Shown here one piece after another: positions 40,221 through 48,379 of a stretch of 64,000 nt of DNA (positions within the stretch are counted from its first letter, which is position 1; every line of letters begins with the position of its first letter). The DNA comes from Pseudomonadota bacterium. GTDB taxonomy: Bacteria; Pseudomonadota; Alphaproteobacteria; Sphingomonadales; Sphingomonadaceae. The position numbers and the translations under genes are program-made. The stretch spans positions 3,656-67,655 of the forward strand of contig JBCBZR010000011.1 in the NCBI GenBank assembly GCA_039815245.1, written 5' to 3'. The notes beneath the pieces were generated by a model, which was given only the letters and a program-made list of their open reading frames with translations, was not told the origin of the DNA and ran no database searches.

Positions 40221-40976
40221 GTGCATATTTACGCCAATCCAAAGCGCTTTCTGGCGCTAGCAAGCTGGCTGATGCCGGTGCTGTTTGTAAGCGGACTTCT
40301 GCTTGCGTGCGGCGCTATGGGGTGGGGCCTCGCTGTGGTCCCGCCGGACCGGTTGATGGGCGAGACGGTGCGCATTCTCTTCATCCACGTGCCCGCTGCA
40401 TGGCTCGGGATGGGAGGCTGGACGGGGATCGCGCTATCCTCAGCCGCGCTGCTGATCTGGAAGCACCCATTGGCCGGACTATCCGCGCGCGCGATTGCGG
40501 TGCCGGGGCTCGTCTTTACGATCATCTGCCTTGTAACGGGATCGATCTGGGGCAGGCCGACATGGGGCACCTGGTGGGTGTGGGACGGCCGCCTGACATC
40601 GATGCTGGTCCTGATGTTCTTGTATATCGGCTATCTTGCTTTGGCGCAGGCAACCGCGCGCGAAGGTGCCTCGCCCAGGATTGCGGCGATCTTTGGCCTT
40701 GTGGGCGCGATCAACATCCCGATCATCAACCGCTCGGTCGTGTGGTGGAATTCGCTGCACCAGCCCCCCAGCATCACTGCGGGCAAAAGCGCGATTGACC
40801 CGGAGTTTCTGGTGCCCCTTCTGGCCGCGGTGCTCGGGTTCTCGCTGCTGTTCGGCGCGATTGTGCTGATGCGGATGCGCGCGCTGATCGCGGAGCAGCA
40901 AGTAGAGGCACGCTTGCGCCGCCGCGCGATGGCGGATGAACCGGTATCGGCAGCGCCTGCCATGGGAGCCGCCTGA
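40221..40976 (+). CDS. ccmC: Heme exporter / cytochrome c maturation protein CcmC
   Basis: It has the WWD motif WGTWWVWDGRLTS and is a polytopic membrane protein. I prefer the GTG start at 40221. Confidence 0.9.
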   Translation: MHIYANPKRFLALASWLMPVLFVSGLLLACGAMGWGLAVVPPDRLMGETVRILFIHVPAAWLGMGGWTGIALSSAALLIWKHPLAGLSARAIAVPGLVFTIICLVTGSIWGRPTWGTWWVWDGRLTSMLVLMFLYIGYLALAQATAREGASPRIAAIFGLVGAINIPIINRSVVWWNSLHQPPSITAGKSAIDPEFLVPLLAAVLGFSLLFGAIVLMRMRALIAEQQVEARLRRRAMADEPVSAAPAMGAA

Positions 40977-41113
40977 TGCGCGAAAATCTGGCTCAGTGGG
41001 ATTATGTTATCGCCGCCTATGCGGTGGCGCTGATTGCGCTTACCGTGCTGATCGCATGGTGCTGGACTAGCATGCGCCGCGCGGAAAAGCGCCGAGAGGA
41101 GTTGAAGCGCTGA
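40976..41113 (+). CDS. ccmD: Heme exporter protein CcmD (45 aa; below the ORF-track cutoff)
   Basis: My own translation is MRENLAQWDYVIAAYAVALIALTVLIAWCWTSMRRAEKRREELKR. It has a single TM segment plus a basic tail. Its start overlaps the ccmC stop (TGATG) and its stop overlaps the ccmE start (TGATG). Confidence 0.75.
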   Translation: MRENLAQWDYVIAAYAVALIALTVLIAWCWTSMRRAEKRREELKR

Positions 41114-41604
41114 TGGCTCAGATGAAAGCTCCCATGAAAGCAAAGCACCAGAGGCTCACGCTCGTCACCTTTGCGCTGATTGCGATTGTGGCCGCGGGCC
41201 TCATCGCGGTGTGGGCGCTGCGCAATCAGGCGAACTATTTCTACCTGCCTGAACAAATCGCCTCAGAGCCGCCGCAGGTCGGCCAACCCGTGCGACTGGG
41301 CGGCATGGTGCAGACCGGATCGCTTACAACTTTGGAGGATGGCGTGACCGTCCGCTTCGTTGTCACGGGCAATGAGGAAAGCACGGTCCCGGTGCGCTTC
41401 AGTGGCATCCTGCCGGATCTGTTTGTCGAAGGCTCGGGCGTGGTCGCGGAAGGCAGCCTTCAGGCCGATGGCACGTTCCTCGCGACGAATTTGCTCGCCA
41501 AGCATGATGAGAATTATGTGCCCAAAGAGCTCGAAGGGCTTGAAGGCCATGACGCGGGCAAAGCCGCTGAGATCGCGGCTGAAACGACGGTCGGGCTGAA
41601 ATAG
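41113..41604 (+). CDS. ccmE: Cytochrome c maturation heme chaperone CcmE
   Basis: It has an N-terminal TM anchor and the heme-binding His motif LAKHDENYVP. Confidence 0.9.
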   Translation: MAQMKAPMKAKHQRLTLVTFALIAIVAAGLIAVWALRNQANYFYLPEQIASEPPQVGQPVRLGGMVQTGSLTTLEDGVTVRFVVTGNEESTVPVRFSGILPDLFVEGSGVVAEGSLQADGTFLATNLLAKHDENYVPKELEGLEGHDAGKAAEIAAETTVGLK

Positions 41605-41613
41605 AGACATGCC

Positions 41614-43632
41614 ATGATTGCAGAGATCGGACACGCCGCATTGTGGCTCGCAGCCGCGCTCGCTGTCCTTCAGATGGTCAGCGGAGCGCTCGCTTTGCAG
41701 GCGCCTGAAGGGCAGGTTTCACCGTTTGCGCTTTACGCGCGGCCCGCCGCTGTTGTGCAGGCGCTTCTGGCTGTGCTGGCGTTTACGATGCTGCTCTATG
41801 CCTTTGCGATCACGGACCTTTCCGTGAAGCTGGTGGCCACCAATTCGCATTCGATGAAGCCGTTTCTCTATAAACTGACCGGCACGTGGGGGAACCATGA
41901 GGGCTCCATGCTGCTGTGGGTGGCGGTCTTGGCGCTGTCTGGCGGGTTGCTCGCCTATGCCGAGCGTCGCCTGCCAGAGCGCACCATGTCTGCAACACTG
42001 GCGGTGCAGGGCTTTGTAGCGATCGGGTTTTACGCCTTTCTGCTAATCAGCTCCAACCCGTTCGAGCGCTTGCCTGTGCCCGCATTGGAAGGGGTGGGGC
42101 TCAACCCGCTGCTTCAGGACATTGGCCTCGCAGTGCATCCGCCCACGCTCTATGTCGGCTATGTCGGCCTGTCCGTGGCGTTCAGCCTGGCGATGGGCGC
42201 CCTGATCACGCGGCAGGTAAACCCGAATTTTGCCAAGGTCATGCGGCCATGGGTGCTGGGGGCGTGGGTGTTCCTGACGCTGGGCATCACAGCTGGTTCT
42301 TACTGGGCCTATTATGAGCTCGGCTGGGGCGGCTGGTGGTTCTGGGACCCGGTCGAAAACGCCTCACTCATGCCATGGCTGGCCGCGACGGCGCTGATGC
42401 ACTCGGTCAGCGTTCTCGCCGCGCGCGATGCCTTGCGGACGTGGACGATCATGCTGGGTGTGGTTGCGTTCTCGATGTCGATGCTGGGCACGTTCCTCGT
42501 GCGCTCTGGCGTGCTCACCAGCGTCCATGCCTTCGCTGTCGACCCCGAGCGCGGCACGCTGCTGCTGTTCCTGCTCGCGCTGTATATCGGCGGCAGCCTG
42601 ACGATTTTTGCGATGCGCGCTGGCTCGATTGCAGAGGGTAAGCGCTTCACCGCCACCAGCCGAGAAGGGGCGCTGGTGTTTAACAACGTCATGCTCAGCG
42701 CAATCCTTGCGATTGTGCTGCTTGGCACGCTCTACCCGCTGCTCACCGAAGCGTTCGATGTGCGTGTCAGCGTTGGTCCGCCCTATTTCAATCCGGCCGG
42801 AGCAGTCTTCGCGATCCCGATGTTCATCGTCATGGCGGTGGGCCCGCTGCTGCGCTGGAAGGACGATAAGCTCGCCCGCGTACAGCCACTGCTGGCCGTG
42901 CTGGGTGCGATTGCGCTGGTGGTGATCGCGCTGGTTGTGTTCCTTGGAGACTATCCCCTTTTGCCTGTCCTTGGACTGGCGCTCGCCGGAGCGCTGGGCG
43001 TGGCCGCGTTCATGCCACTGCGCGGACGCAAGCTTAACCGGGTGCCGACCGCGGTGTGGGGCATGGTGCTCGCCCATTTCGGCGTCGCCGTCTCGCTGTT
43101 CGGCATGGCCTGCGAAGGCGCGTTCACGCAGGAGAAGCTTGCCGCAGTAAGCGCCGGTGGGACGGAGGAAATCGCGGGCTGGACAATCCAGTTAGAAAGC
43201 GTCGATCCGGTCTCTGGCCCGAACTGGACCGCACTTGAAGCACGCCTCGCGGTGAACCGGGGCGGCGGCGAGCCGATCATCCTGACCCCGCAGGCGCGCA
43301 ATTTCTGGGCACCCTCGCAAGCCACCAGTGAAAGCGCGCTGCTAACCCGCTGGGATGGCCAACTCTACGCCGTGATCGGCGATGCCGCTGGCGTTGACCC
43401 CAGTGGGGAGCAGCGCTGGCAATTGCGCGTCTGGTGGAAGCCGTTTGTCACCTTCATCTGGTATGGCGGAGTGCTGATCGCCTTCGGCGGCGTGCTGGCG
43501 ATTGTCGGCCGACTGCAGGTCGATCTCAAGCGTCGTACAGCCACGCGCATCGGCGATCAGCGGCGCACCGATCAGGCAAAGCTGGGCGAAGAGAGTGGAG
43601 AGGGGCAGGCGCTCCCGGAACCGGCTGAATAA
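41614..43632 (+). CDS. ccmF: Cytochrome c heme lyase subunit CcmF
   Basis: It is 672 aa and polytopic, with the WWD motif WGGWWFWDPVENASLMPW. Confidence 0.95.
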   Translation: MIAEIGHAALWLAAALAVLQMVSGALALQAPEGQVSPFALYARPAAVVQALLAVLAFTMLLYAFAITDLSVKLVATNSHSMKPFLYKLTGTWGNHEGSMLLWVAVLALSGGLLAYAERRLPERTMSATLAVQGFVAIGFYAFLLISSNPFERLPVPALEGVGLNPLLQDIGLAVHPPTLYVGYVGLSVAFSLAMGALITRQVNPNFAKVMRPWVLGAWVFLTLGITAGSYWAYYELGWGGWWFWDPVENASLMPWLAATALMHSVSVLAARDALRTWTIMLGVVAFSMSMLGTFLVRSGVLTSVHAFAVDPERGTLLLFLLALYIGGSLTIFAMRAGSIAEGKRFTATSREGALVFNNVMLSAILAIVLLGTLYPLLTEAFDVRVSVGPPYFNPAGAVFAIPMFIVMAVGPLLRWKDDKLARVQPLLAVLGAIALVVIALVVFLGDYPLLPVLGLALAGALGVAAFMPLRGRKLNRVPTAVWGMVLAHFGVAVSLFGMACEGAFTQEKLAAVSAGGTEEIAGWTIQLESVDPVSGPNWTALEARLAVNRGGGEPIILTPQARNFWAPSQATSESALLTRWDGQLYAVIGDAAGVDPSGEQRWQLRVWWKPFVTFIWYGGVLIAFGGVLAIVGRLQVDLKRRTATRIGDQRRTDQAKLGEESGEGQALPEPAE

Positions 43633-44159
43633 TGCGCCCCGCTTATTTCATCCCACTGGCGCTGTTCGTCGCATTTGCTGCGCTGGCGGGCTTTATGCTG
43701 ACGCAGCCCAAGGACCAGTTTGTCGAGAGCCAGATGGTCGGCGAACCGCTGCCCGAATTCGCCTTGCGCGCGGCAACGGACAACCGGCCCGGCGTTTCCA
43801 TCAAAGACCTGCGCGATGGCAAGCCGAAGCTGCTCAACATCTGGGCAAGCTGGTGCGTGCCCTGCATCGCGGAGGCACCGCATCTGGAAACCTTGCAGGC
43901 GCGCGGTGTGGAAATTGTCGGCGTGGCGATCCGTGACAACCCGCAGAACGTCGCCGCGTTTCTGGCCAAGCACGGCAATCCCTACAGCCGGATTGGCGCG
44001 GATGATATCTCTGCGATCCAGCTGGAGCTTGGCTCTTCTGGGGTGCCAGAGACCTTTGTGATCGACGGGCAAGGGATCATTCGCCACCAGCACATCGGCG
44101 ATATTCGAGAGCGGGACGTGCCGATGTTGCTGCAAAAACTGGCGGAGGCCGGGGCGTGA
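43632..44159 (+). CDS. ccmG: Thiol:disulfide interchange protein DsbE/CcmG
   Basis: It has a TM anchor, the thioredoxin motif WASWCVPC, and GVPETFVIDG. Confidence 0.9.
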   Translation: MRPAYFIPLALFVAFAALAGFMLTQPKDQFVESQMVGEPLPEFALRAATDNRPGVSIKDLRDGKPKLLNIWASWCVPCIAEAPHLETLQARGVEIVGVAIRDNPQNVAAFLAKHGNPYSRIGADDISAIQLELGSSGVPETFVIDGQGIIRHQHIGDIRERDVPMLLQKLAEAGA

Positions 44160-44581
44160 TGCGCGCGTTTCTGACGTTGTTGATGGCCTTGGCCGCGCTG
44201 CCTGTCCTCGCCCAGTCCGGGCCGCCTGCGCCCTATGCTTACACGCAGTTGGAAGACCCCGCGCTGGAGGCAGAGGCCACCGCGCTGATGCACACGCTGC
44301 GTTGCCTGAAGTGCCAGTCGCAAAGCATTGCCGACAGCGATGCGCCGATGGCGGGCGATATGCGCCATCAGGTGCGCAGTCGCTTGGCAGCGGGTGAGAG
44401 CTCGGGTGAAATTCGCGCCTGGCTGATTAAGCGCTATGGCGATTATGTCAGCTATCAACCCGAAGTGAGCGCGACCACATGGCCGCTGTTTGCGATCCCC
44501 GCGCTCTTGCTGGCGATTGTTGCGCTGGTGCTGTTGCGCCGCCTTGGCCGCAAGCGGTCTGATGGGGGTGGTGCGGCGTGA
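44156..44581 (+). CDS. ccmH: Cytochrome c-type biogenesis protein CcmH (CycL)
   Basis: It has a signal peptide, the LRCxxC motif LRCLKCQSQSIADSDAP, and a C-terminal TM segment. Confidence 0.85.
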   Translation: MMRAFLTLLMALAALPVLAQSGPPAPYAYTQLEDPALEAEATALMHTLRCLKCQSQSIADSDAPMAGDMRHQVRSRLAAGESSGEIRAWLIKRYGDYVSYQPEVSATTWPLFAIPALLLAIVALVLLRRLGRKRSDGGGAA

Positions 44582-45225
44582 TGGGTTGGCTTGCCATTGT
44601 TGCGCTCGCCGGGATCGCCTTTGCCATCGCGGCGGTCGCGCTGCGCCTGCCCAAACAGGGCTGGGTGATGTTTGCCGCTGTCCTGCTGTTCGGCATGGCG
44701 GGCTACGCCTGGCTTGGGTCGCCCGGCCAACCGGGCAGTCCAAAGATGACACAGGCCAAGGAAACCCGGCTAGACGGTGAAGAGATGGTCGAAGCGCGCA
44801 GCGCTCTGTTTGAAGGAAATGGGGCAAAGCCGGACTATCTGGTGATGTCCGATGGCTTTGCGCGCCGTGGCCGGTTTGACGATGCGGCAAAGCTGCTGCG
44901 CTCTGGCCTGCGCGACAATCCGGACCATCTCGAAGGCTGGCTGGCGCTGGGCATGTCGCTGGTCGGTCATTCGGACGGATTTGTGACCCCCGCCGCCTCT
45001 TACGCCTATTCGCGCGCGCGCCAGATCGCCCCGCAGAACCCGGCGGCGGATTACTTCCTTGGCTTCTCCTATCTTCAGTCCGGGGAAATCGTCGCTGCGC
45101 GCAATGTCTGGAAAGGCCTGCTGGACCGCTCGCCCGAAGATGCGCCGTGGCGTGAGGAGCTGGAAGGGCGTGTCGCCCAATTGGATGACATGATCGCCCG
45201 CGCTCCGATGCTACAGGGGCAATAG
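44578..45225 (+). CDS. ccmI: c-type cytochrome biogenesis protein CcmI/CycH (TPR)
   Basis: It has two N-terminal TM segments followed by TPR-like repeats. It is the last gene of the ccm cluster and has a 4-nt overlap with ccmH. Confidence 0.7.
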   Translation: MMGWLAIVALAGIAFAIAAVALRLPKQGWVMFAAVLLFGMAGYAWLGSPGQPGSPKMTQAKETRLDGEEMVEARSALFEGNGAKPDYLVMSDGFARRGRFDDAAKLLRSGLRDNPDHLEGWLALGMSLVGHSDGFVTPAASYAYSRARQIAPQNPAADYFLGFSYLQSGEIVAARNVWKGLLDRSPEDAPWREELEGRVAQLDDMIARAPMLQGQ

Positions 45226-45377
45226 AGCCACGCGGATATGACCAGCTTTCGTTCGATACGTCCAATTTGTTGCACCTGCGAAAGGCCAGTGATAAGCCCG
45301 CGCGCCTAACGCCAGACGGGCAGTACCTGCGAAGCGAAAAAGACGCGCTGTTGCATGACGGGAAATCCAGACCAAGC

Positions 45378-47318
45378 ATGAGCGAAACTGCCACACCCCC
45401 CGATGCCGCCCCGGCGCATCATCCCCCTTCAGGCGGGCAAGCGCACAGCGCGTCCAAGGCTGCGCTCGCCGTGGGTGCGATTGGGATCGTATTCGGCGAT
45501 ATCGGGACCAGCCCGCTTTACGCCTTTCGCGAGACCTTTGTTGGCCCGCATCCCCTAGCGCTGGATGCGCCGCATGTGCTGGGCGTCATCAGCCTGATCT
45601 TCTGGTCAATGACGCTGGTGGTCTCGATCCAGTATGTCTCCATTCTGATGCGCGCGGATAACAAGGGGCAGGGCGGCAGTCTGGCTCTGGTCGCGCTGAT
45701 CAGCCGCAGCATTTCCAAGTCGAAGTATGGCTGGATGGCGGTGCTGCTGGGCGTGTTTGCGACCTCGCTGTTCTATGGCGATTCGATGATCACGCCTGCC
45801 ATTTCCGTCCTCTCGGCGGTTGAGGGGCTGACCGTGGTGGATCCCGGCTTGCAGCGATACGTGATCCCCATCGCGCTCGCCTTACTCGTGTTCCTGTTCA
45901 TCCTGCAAAAGCGCGGCACAGCTAAAGTCGGGGCGCTGTTTGCGCCGGTGATGATCGTCTATTTCACAGTGATCGCGGCGCTGGGCCTCTGGCAAATCGT
46001 CAAGACCCCGGAAATTCTGTGGGCGCTCAACCCCTATCATGCGATGAATTTCTTCGTGCTCGATGGCGGGCTTGCGTTCTTGGCGCTTGGCAGCGTTGTG
46101 TTGGCGGTGACCGGTTCTGAGGCGCTGTATTCCGACATGGGCCATTTCGGGCGCGGGCCGATGCGGCTCAGCTGGTTCGGCTTTGTCATGCCGTGCCTGC
46201 TGCTCAACTATTTCGGCCAGGGCGCGATGATCATCGGCCTCCCGCCAGAGCAGGCCGCCCAAGCGATCCAGTCGCCGTTCTTTTTCCTCGCGGATGAGGA
46301 ATACCGCCTGCCGCTGGTCCTGCTCGCCACCGTGGCGACCTTTATTGCTAGTCAGGCGGTCATCTCCGGCGCGTTTTCGATCACGCATCAGGCGATCCAG
46401 ATGGGCTACATTCCGCGCCTCTCGATCCGTCACACGTCAGAGACGGAGGGCGGCCAGATTTACATCCCGGTGGTGAACTGGGCGCTGATGGTGGCGGTGA
46501 TCATTCTGGTGCTCACCTTCCAGAACTCCTCGAACCTTGCGAGCGCATATGGCATCGCAGTGACCGGCGCTGTCACCATCGACACGCTGCTGATGGCGGT
46601 GCTGTTTGTGGGCGTGTGGAAGTGGAAGTGGTGGTACGCCGCGCCCGTTGTGCTGCTGTTCCTGATCGTGGACGGAGCCTATTTCGCAGCTAACCTCACC
46701 AAGGTGCCGCAAGGCGGCTGGTTCCCGCTGCTCATCGGCTTCATCGCCTTCCTGTTGCTCACCACATGGTCGCGCGGGCGCAAGCTGATGCGCGAACGGA
46801 TGAGCGAACATGCGCTGCCGATGGAGATCTTCGCCAAGAGTGCGAAGAACTCCGCATTGCGCGTGCCGGGCACTGCGATCTTCATGGCGAGCCAGTCCTC
46901 TGGCGTCCCCTCCGCGCTGCTCCACAACATCAAGCACAACAAAGTGCTGCATGAGCGGGTGGTGATCCTGACGGTCGATATTCAGGACGTGCCCTATGTC
47001 GATCCCGCCGAGCGCTGCGAATATGTTGACATGGGCGACGGCTTTTATCGCGGCGTGCTGCATTACGGCTTTATGGAAGAGACCAATGTGCCCAAGGGGC
47101 TGGAGGGCATGGGCTTTTATTGCGGCGGCAATTTCGACATGATGCACACCAGCTTCTTCCTGAGCCGCCAGACGCTGCTCGCGAGTGACAAGCCCGGAAT
47201 GCCAATCTGGCGCGAGAAGATCTTTGCATGGATGCTGCGCAACGCGGCCAGCGCGATGGACTTCTTCAAGCTGCCCACAAACCGCGTGGTGGAGCTTGGG
47301 AGTCAGGTGGAGATTTAG
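45378..47318 (+). CDS. kup: KUP/HAK/KT potassium uptake transporter
   Basis: It has [15 protein letters not shown] and is a polytopic protein with a cytoplasmic C-terminal domain. I chose the internal ATG at 45378 as the start. Confidence 0.95.
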   Translation: MSETATPPDAAPAHHPPSGGQAHSASKAALAVGAIGIVFGDIGTSPLYAFRETFVGPHPLALDAPHVLGVISLIFWSMTLVVSIQYVSILMRADNKGQGGSLALVALISRSISKSKYGWMAVLLGVFATSLFYGDSMITPAISVLSAVEGLTVVDPGLQRYVIPIALALLVFLFILQKRGTAKVGALFAPVMIVYFTVIAALGLWQIVKTPEILWALNPYHAMNFFVLDGGLAFLALGSVVLAVTGSEALYSDMGHFGRGPMRLSWFGFVMPCLLLNYFGQGAMIIGLPPEQAAQAIQSPFFFLADEEYRLPLVLLATVATFIASQAVISGAFSITHQAIQMGYIPRLSIRHTSETEGGQIYIPVVNWALMVAVIILVLTFQNSSNLASAYGIAVTGAVTIDTLLMAVLFVGVWKWKWWYAAPVVLLFLIVDGAYFAANLTKVPQGGWFPLLIGFIAFLLLTTWSRGRKLMRERMSEHALPMEIFAKSAKNSALRVPGTAIFMASQSSGVPSALLHNIKHNKVLHERVVILTVDIQDVPYVDPAERCEYVDMGDGFYRGVLHYGFMEETNVPKGLEGMGFYCGGNFDMMHTSFFLSRQTLLASDKPGMPIWREKIFAWMLRNAASAMDFFKLPTNRVVELGSQVEI

Positions 47319-47363
47319 ACCTGTTTTTTTGGCAGACCTAATTTAGAGCGTTTAAGGCTAATG

Positions 47364-47392
47364 TTGAGTTATTGCAGTTTTTGCTGAATAAT
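47364..47392 (+). promoter_or_regulatory. Candidate sigma-70-type promoter of the islet operon
   Basis: TTGAGT (47364-47369), a 17-nt spacer, then AATAAT (47387-47392), all in a 32% GC intergenic stretch about 40 nt upstream of the first islet ORF. Confidence 0.35.
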
Positions 47393-47429
47393 ATTGTCCT
47401 AGCCAACATATTGTTGCTACGCGCCATGT

Positions 47430-47690
47430 ATGGAAATGAAGCGATGCACTAATTGCGGCAGCAGCGATCTAATCGAACGTGCATTCGAAATGGTCTGTAG
47501 ACACTGCGGTTCAAGCATGAGCATTACGCCGAGTGGCCACGAGGGCCAAACCATAGGGATAAGCGTGAATCACGATGTCCAAGTTCTTTTGGCAAGATGT
47601 GAAAGCGAGCCAGGCAATCGAGTGAGACTAGCGAATTTGGTTTTAGACCTTGATCCGTCGAACGTAGAAGTCCGCAAGTTCCTTAAGTGA
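47430..47690 (+). CDS. Small zinc-ribbon protein with a helical, TPR-like C-terminus; hypothetical
   Basis: It has CxxC-x13-CxxC (CTNCG...CRHCG) at the N-terminus, followed by LLARCESEPGNRVRLANLVLDLDPSNVEVRKFL. An alternative start is at 47436. It is the first gene of the islet. Confidence 0.55.
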   Translation: MEMKRCTNCGSSDLIERAFEMVCRHCGSSMSITPSGHEGQTIGISVNHDVQVLLARCESEPGNRVRLANLVLDLDPSNVEVRKFLK

Positions 47691-47699
47691 GGAGATGAT

Positions 47700-48329
47700 A
47701 TGAAAACATCTGCGATCGCCCGTGAGTACGGTTTTGACCAACCGAAGTTTGAGCGTTGGATTCAACAGAATTCAGATATCGCTTCTAAGCCCGCTATTGT
47801 TGGAGGACTTGCTATTAGCGACGCTGATGTTGAAAGCGCGGTGGCAGATTTTCAAGCTTTTTTAGATGAGCATGAGCGACTAGTCGCAGCAGAAAAGGCT
47901 GAAGCGAAGCAACAGGCCGAGCAAGCCGAAATTGAGGCTCAAAGGAAGCAACGCGCGTTGTCTTCTATGCTGATTACATCTGGTTTCAATTTTGATGGCT
48001 TTAAAATTACGAAATATTCGGGATACATATCTGGTGACGACGTCGTTCAAATTGATCGGGGAAGCCAAGGCTTCTTCAGTGATGTTACTGATGTGGGTGC
48101 AAGCCTGATGTCTTCTCTAGCTAAGATAAGGCGGAACGCTCTTATCGAACTGAAGGAAGCGGCGTACGAGCTTGGTTGTAATGCTGTGATTGGAGTTGAT
48201 TTCGACTATTTGACACTCGACCCAGAGACGGCGAATGCAGGTGGAGGCACTCTCTATTTGCCGTACGTGTTCGGTGTCACCGCTAATGGCAATGCGGTGG
48301 TGATCGAAGAAGCTAGTTCGACCAATTGA
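47700..48329 (+). CDS. YbjQ/DUF74 (UPF0145)-domain protein with an N-terminal extension and a coiled-coil linker
   Basis: A strong AGGAG lies 7-8 nt upstream. The C-terminal ~115 aa align by eye to E. coli YbjQ: LITSGFNFDGFKITKYSGYISGD...ALIELKEAAYELGCNAVIGVDFDY...GVTANGNAVVIE. The N-terminal ~60 aa are unassigned. Residues ~60-90 form an Ala/Glu/Lys/Gln coiled coil. Confidence 0.7.
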   Translation: MKTSAIAREYGFDQPKFERWIQQNSDIASKPAIVGGLAISDADVESAVADFQAFLDEHERLVAAEKAEAKQQAEQAEIEAQRKQRALSSMLITSGFNFDGFKITKYSGYISGDDVVQIDRGSQGFFSDVTDVGASLMSSLAKIRRNALIELKEAAYELGCNAVIGVDFDYLTLDPETANAGGGTLYLPYVFGVTANGNAVVIEEASSTN

Positions 48330-48379
48330 CTTCAAATTCATGAGTTCAGATCGACTTCGGTCTTTTGCTAATTTGGCTG

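Larger units (their letters stand above)
47319..48379. other. AT-rich two-gene islet (putative horizontally acquired cassette)
   Basis: Hand counts on 60-nt lines inside the islet give 19/60, 30/60, 33/60, 25/60 and 23/60 G+C. The flanking kup and peptidase genes give 35/60 and 36/60. The islet is bounded by the stops of kup and the convergent M24 peptidase gene. I saw no mobility genes. Confidence 0.7.

Noticed and set aside
45226-45377. A possible riboswitch or leader upstream of kup (152-nt gap).
   Set aside because: I could not identify any conserved riboswitch core, for example a c-di-AMP ydaO-type one, or a stable structure by eye.
47312-48376. Short direct repeats at the islet borders: CTAATTTAG at 47338-47346, CTAATTTGG at 48368-48376, and ATTTAGA also at the kup stop. 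These could be target-site duplications.
   Set aside because: The repeats are only 7-9 nt, imperfect and AT-rich, and they sit inside an AT-rich segment, so a chance match is plausible. With no recombinase or inverted terminal repeats, I cannot support a mobile-element call.
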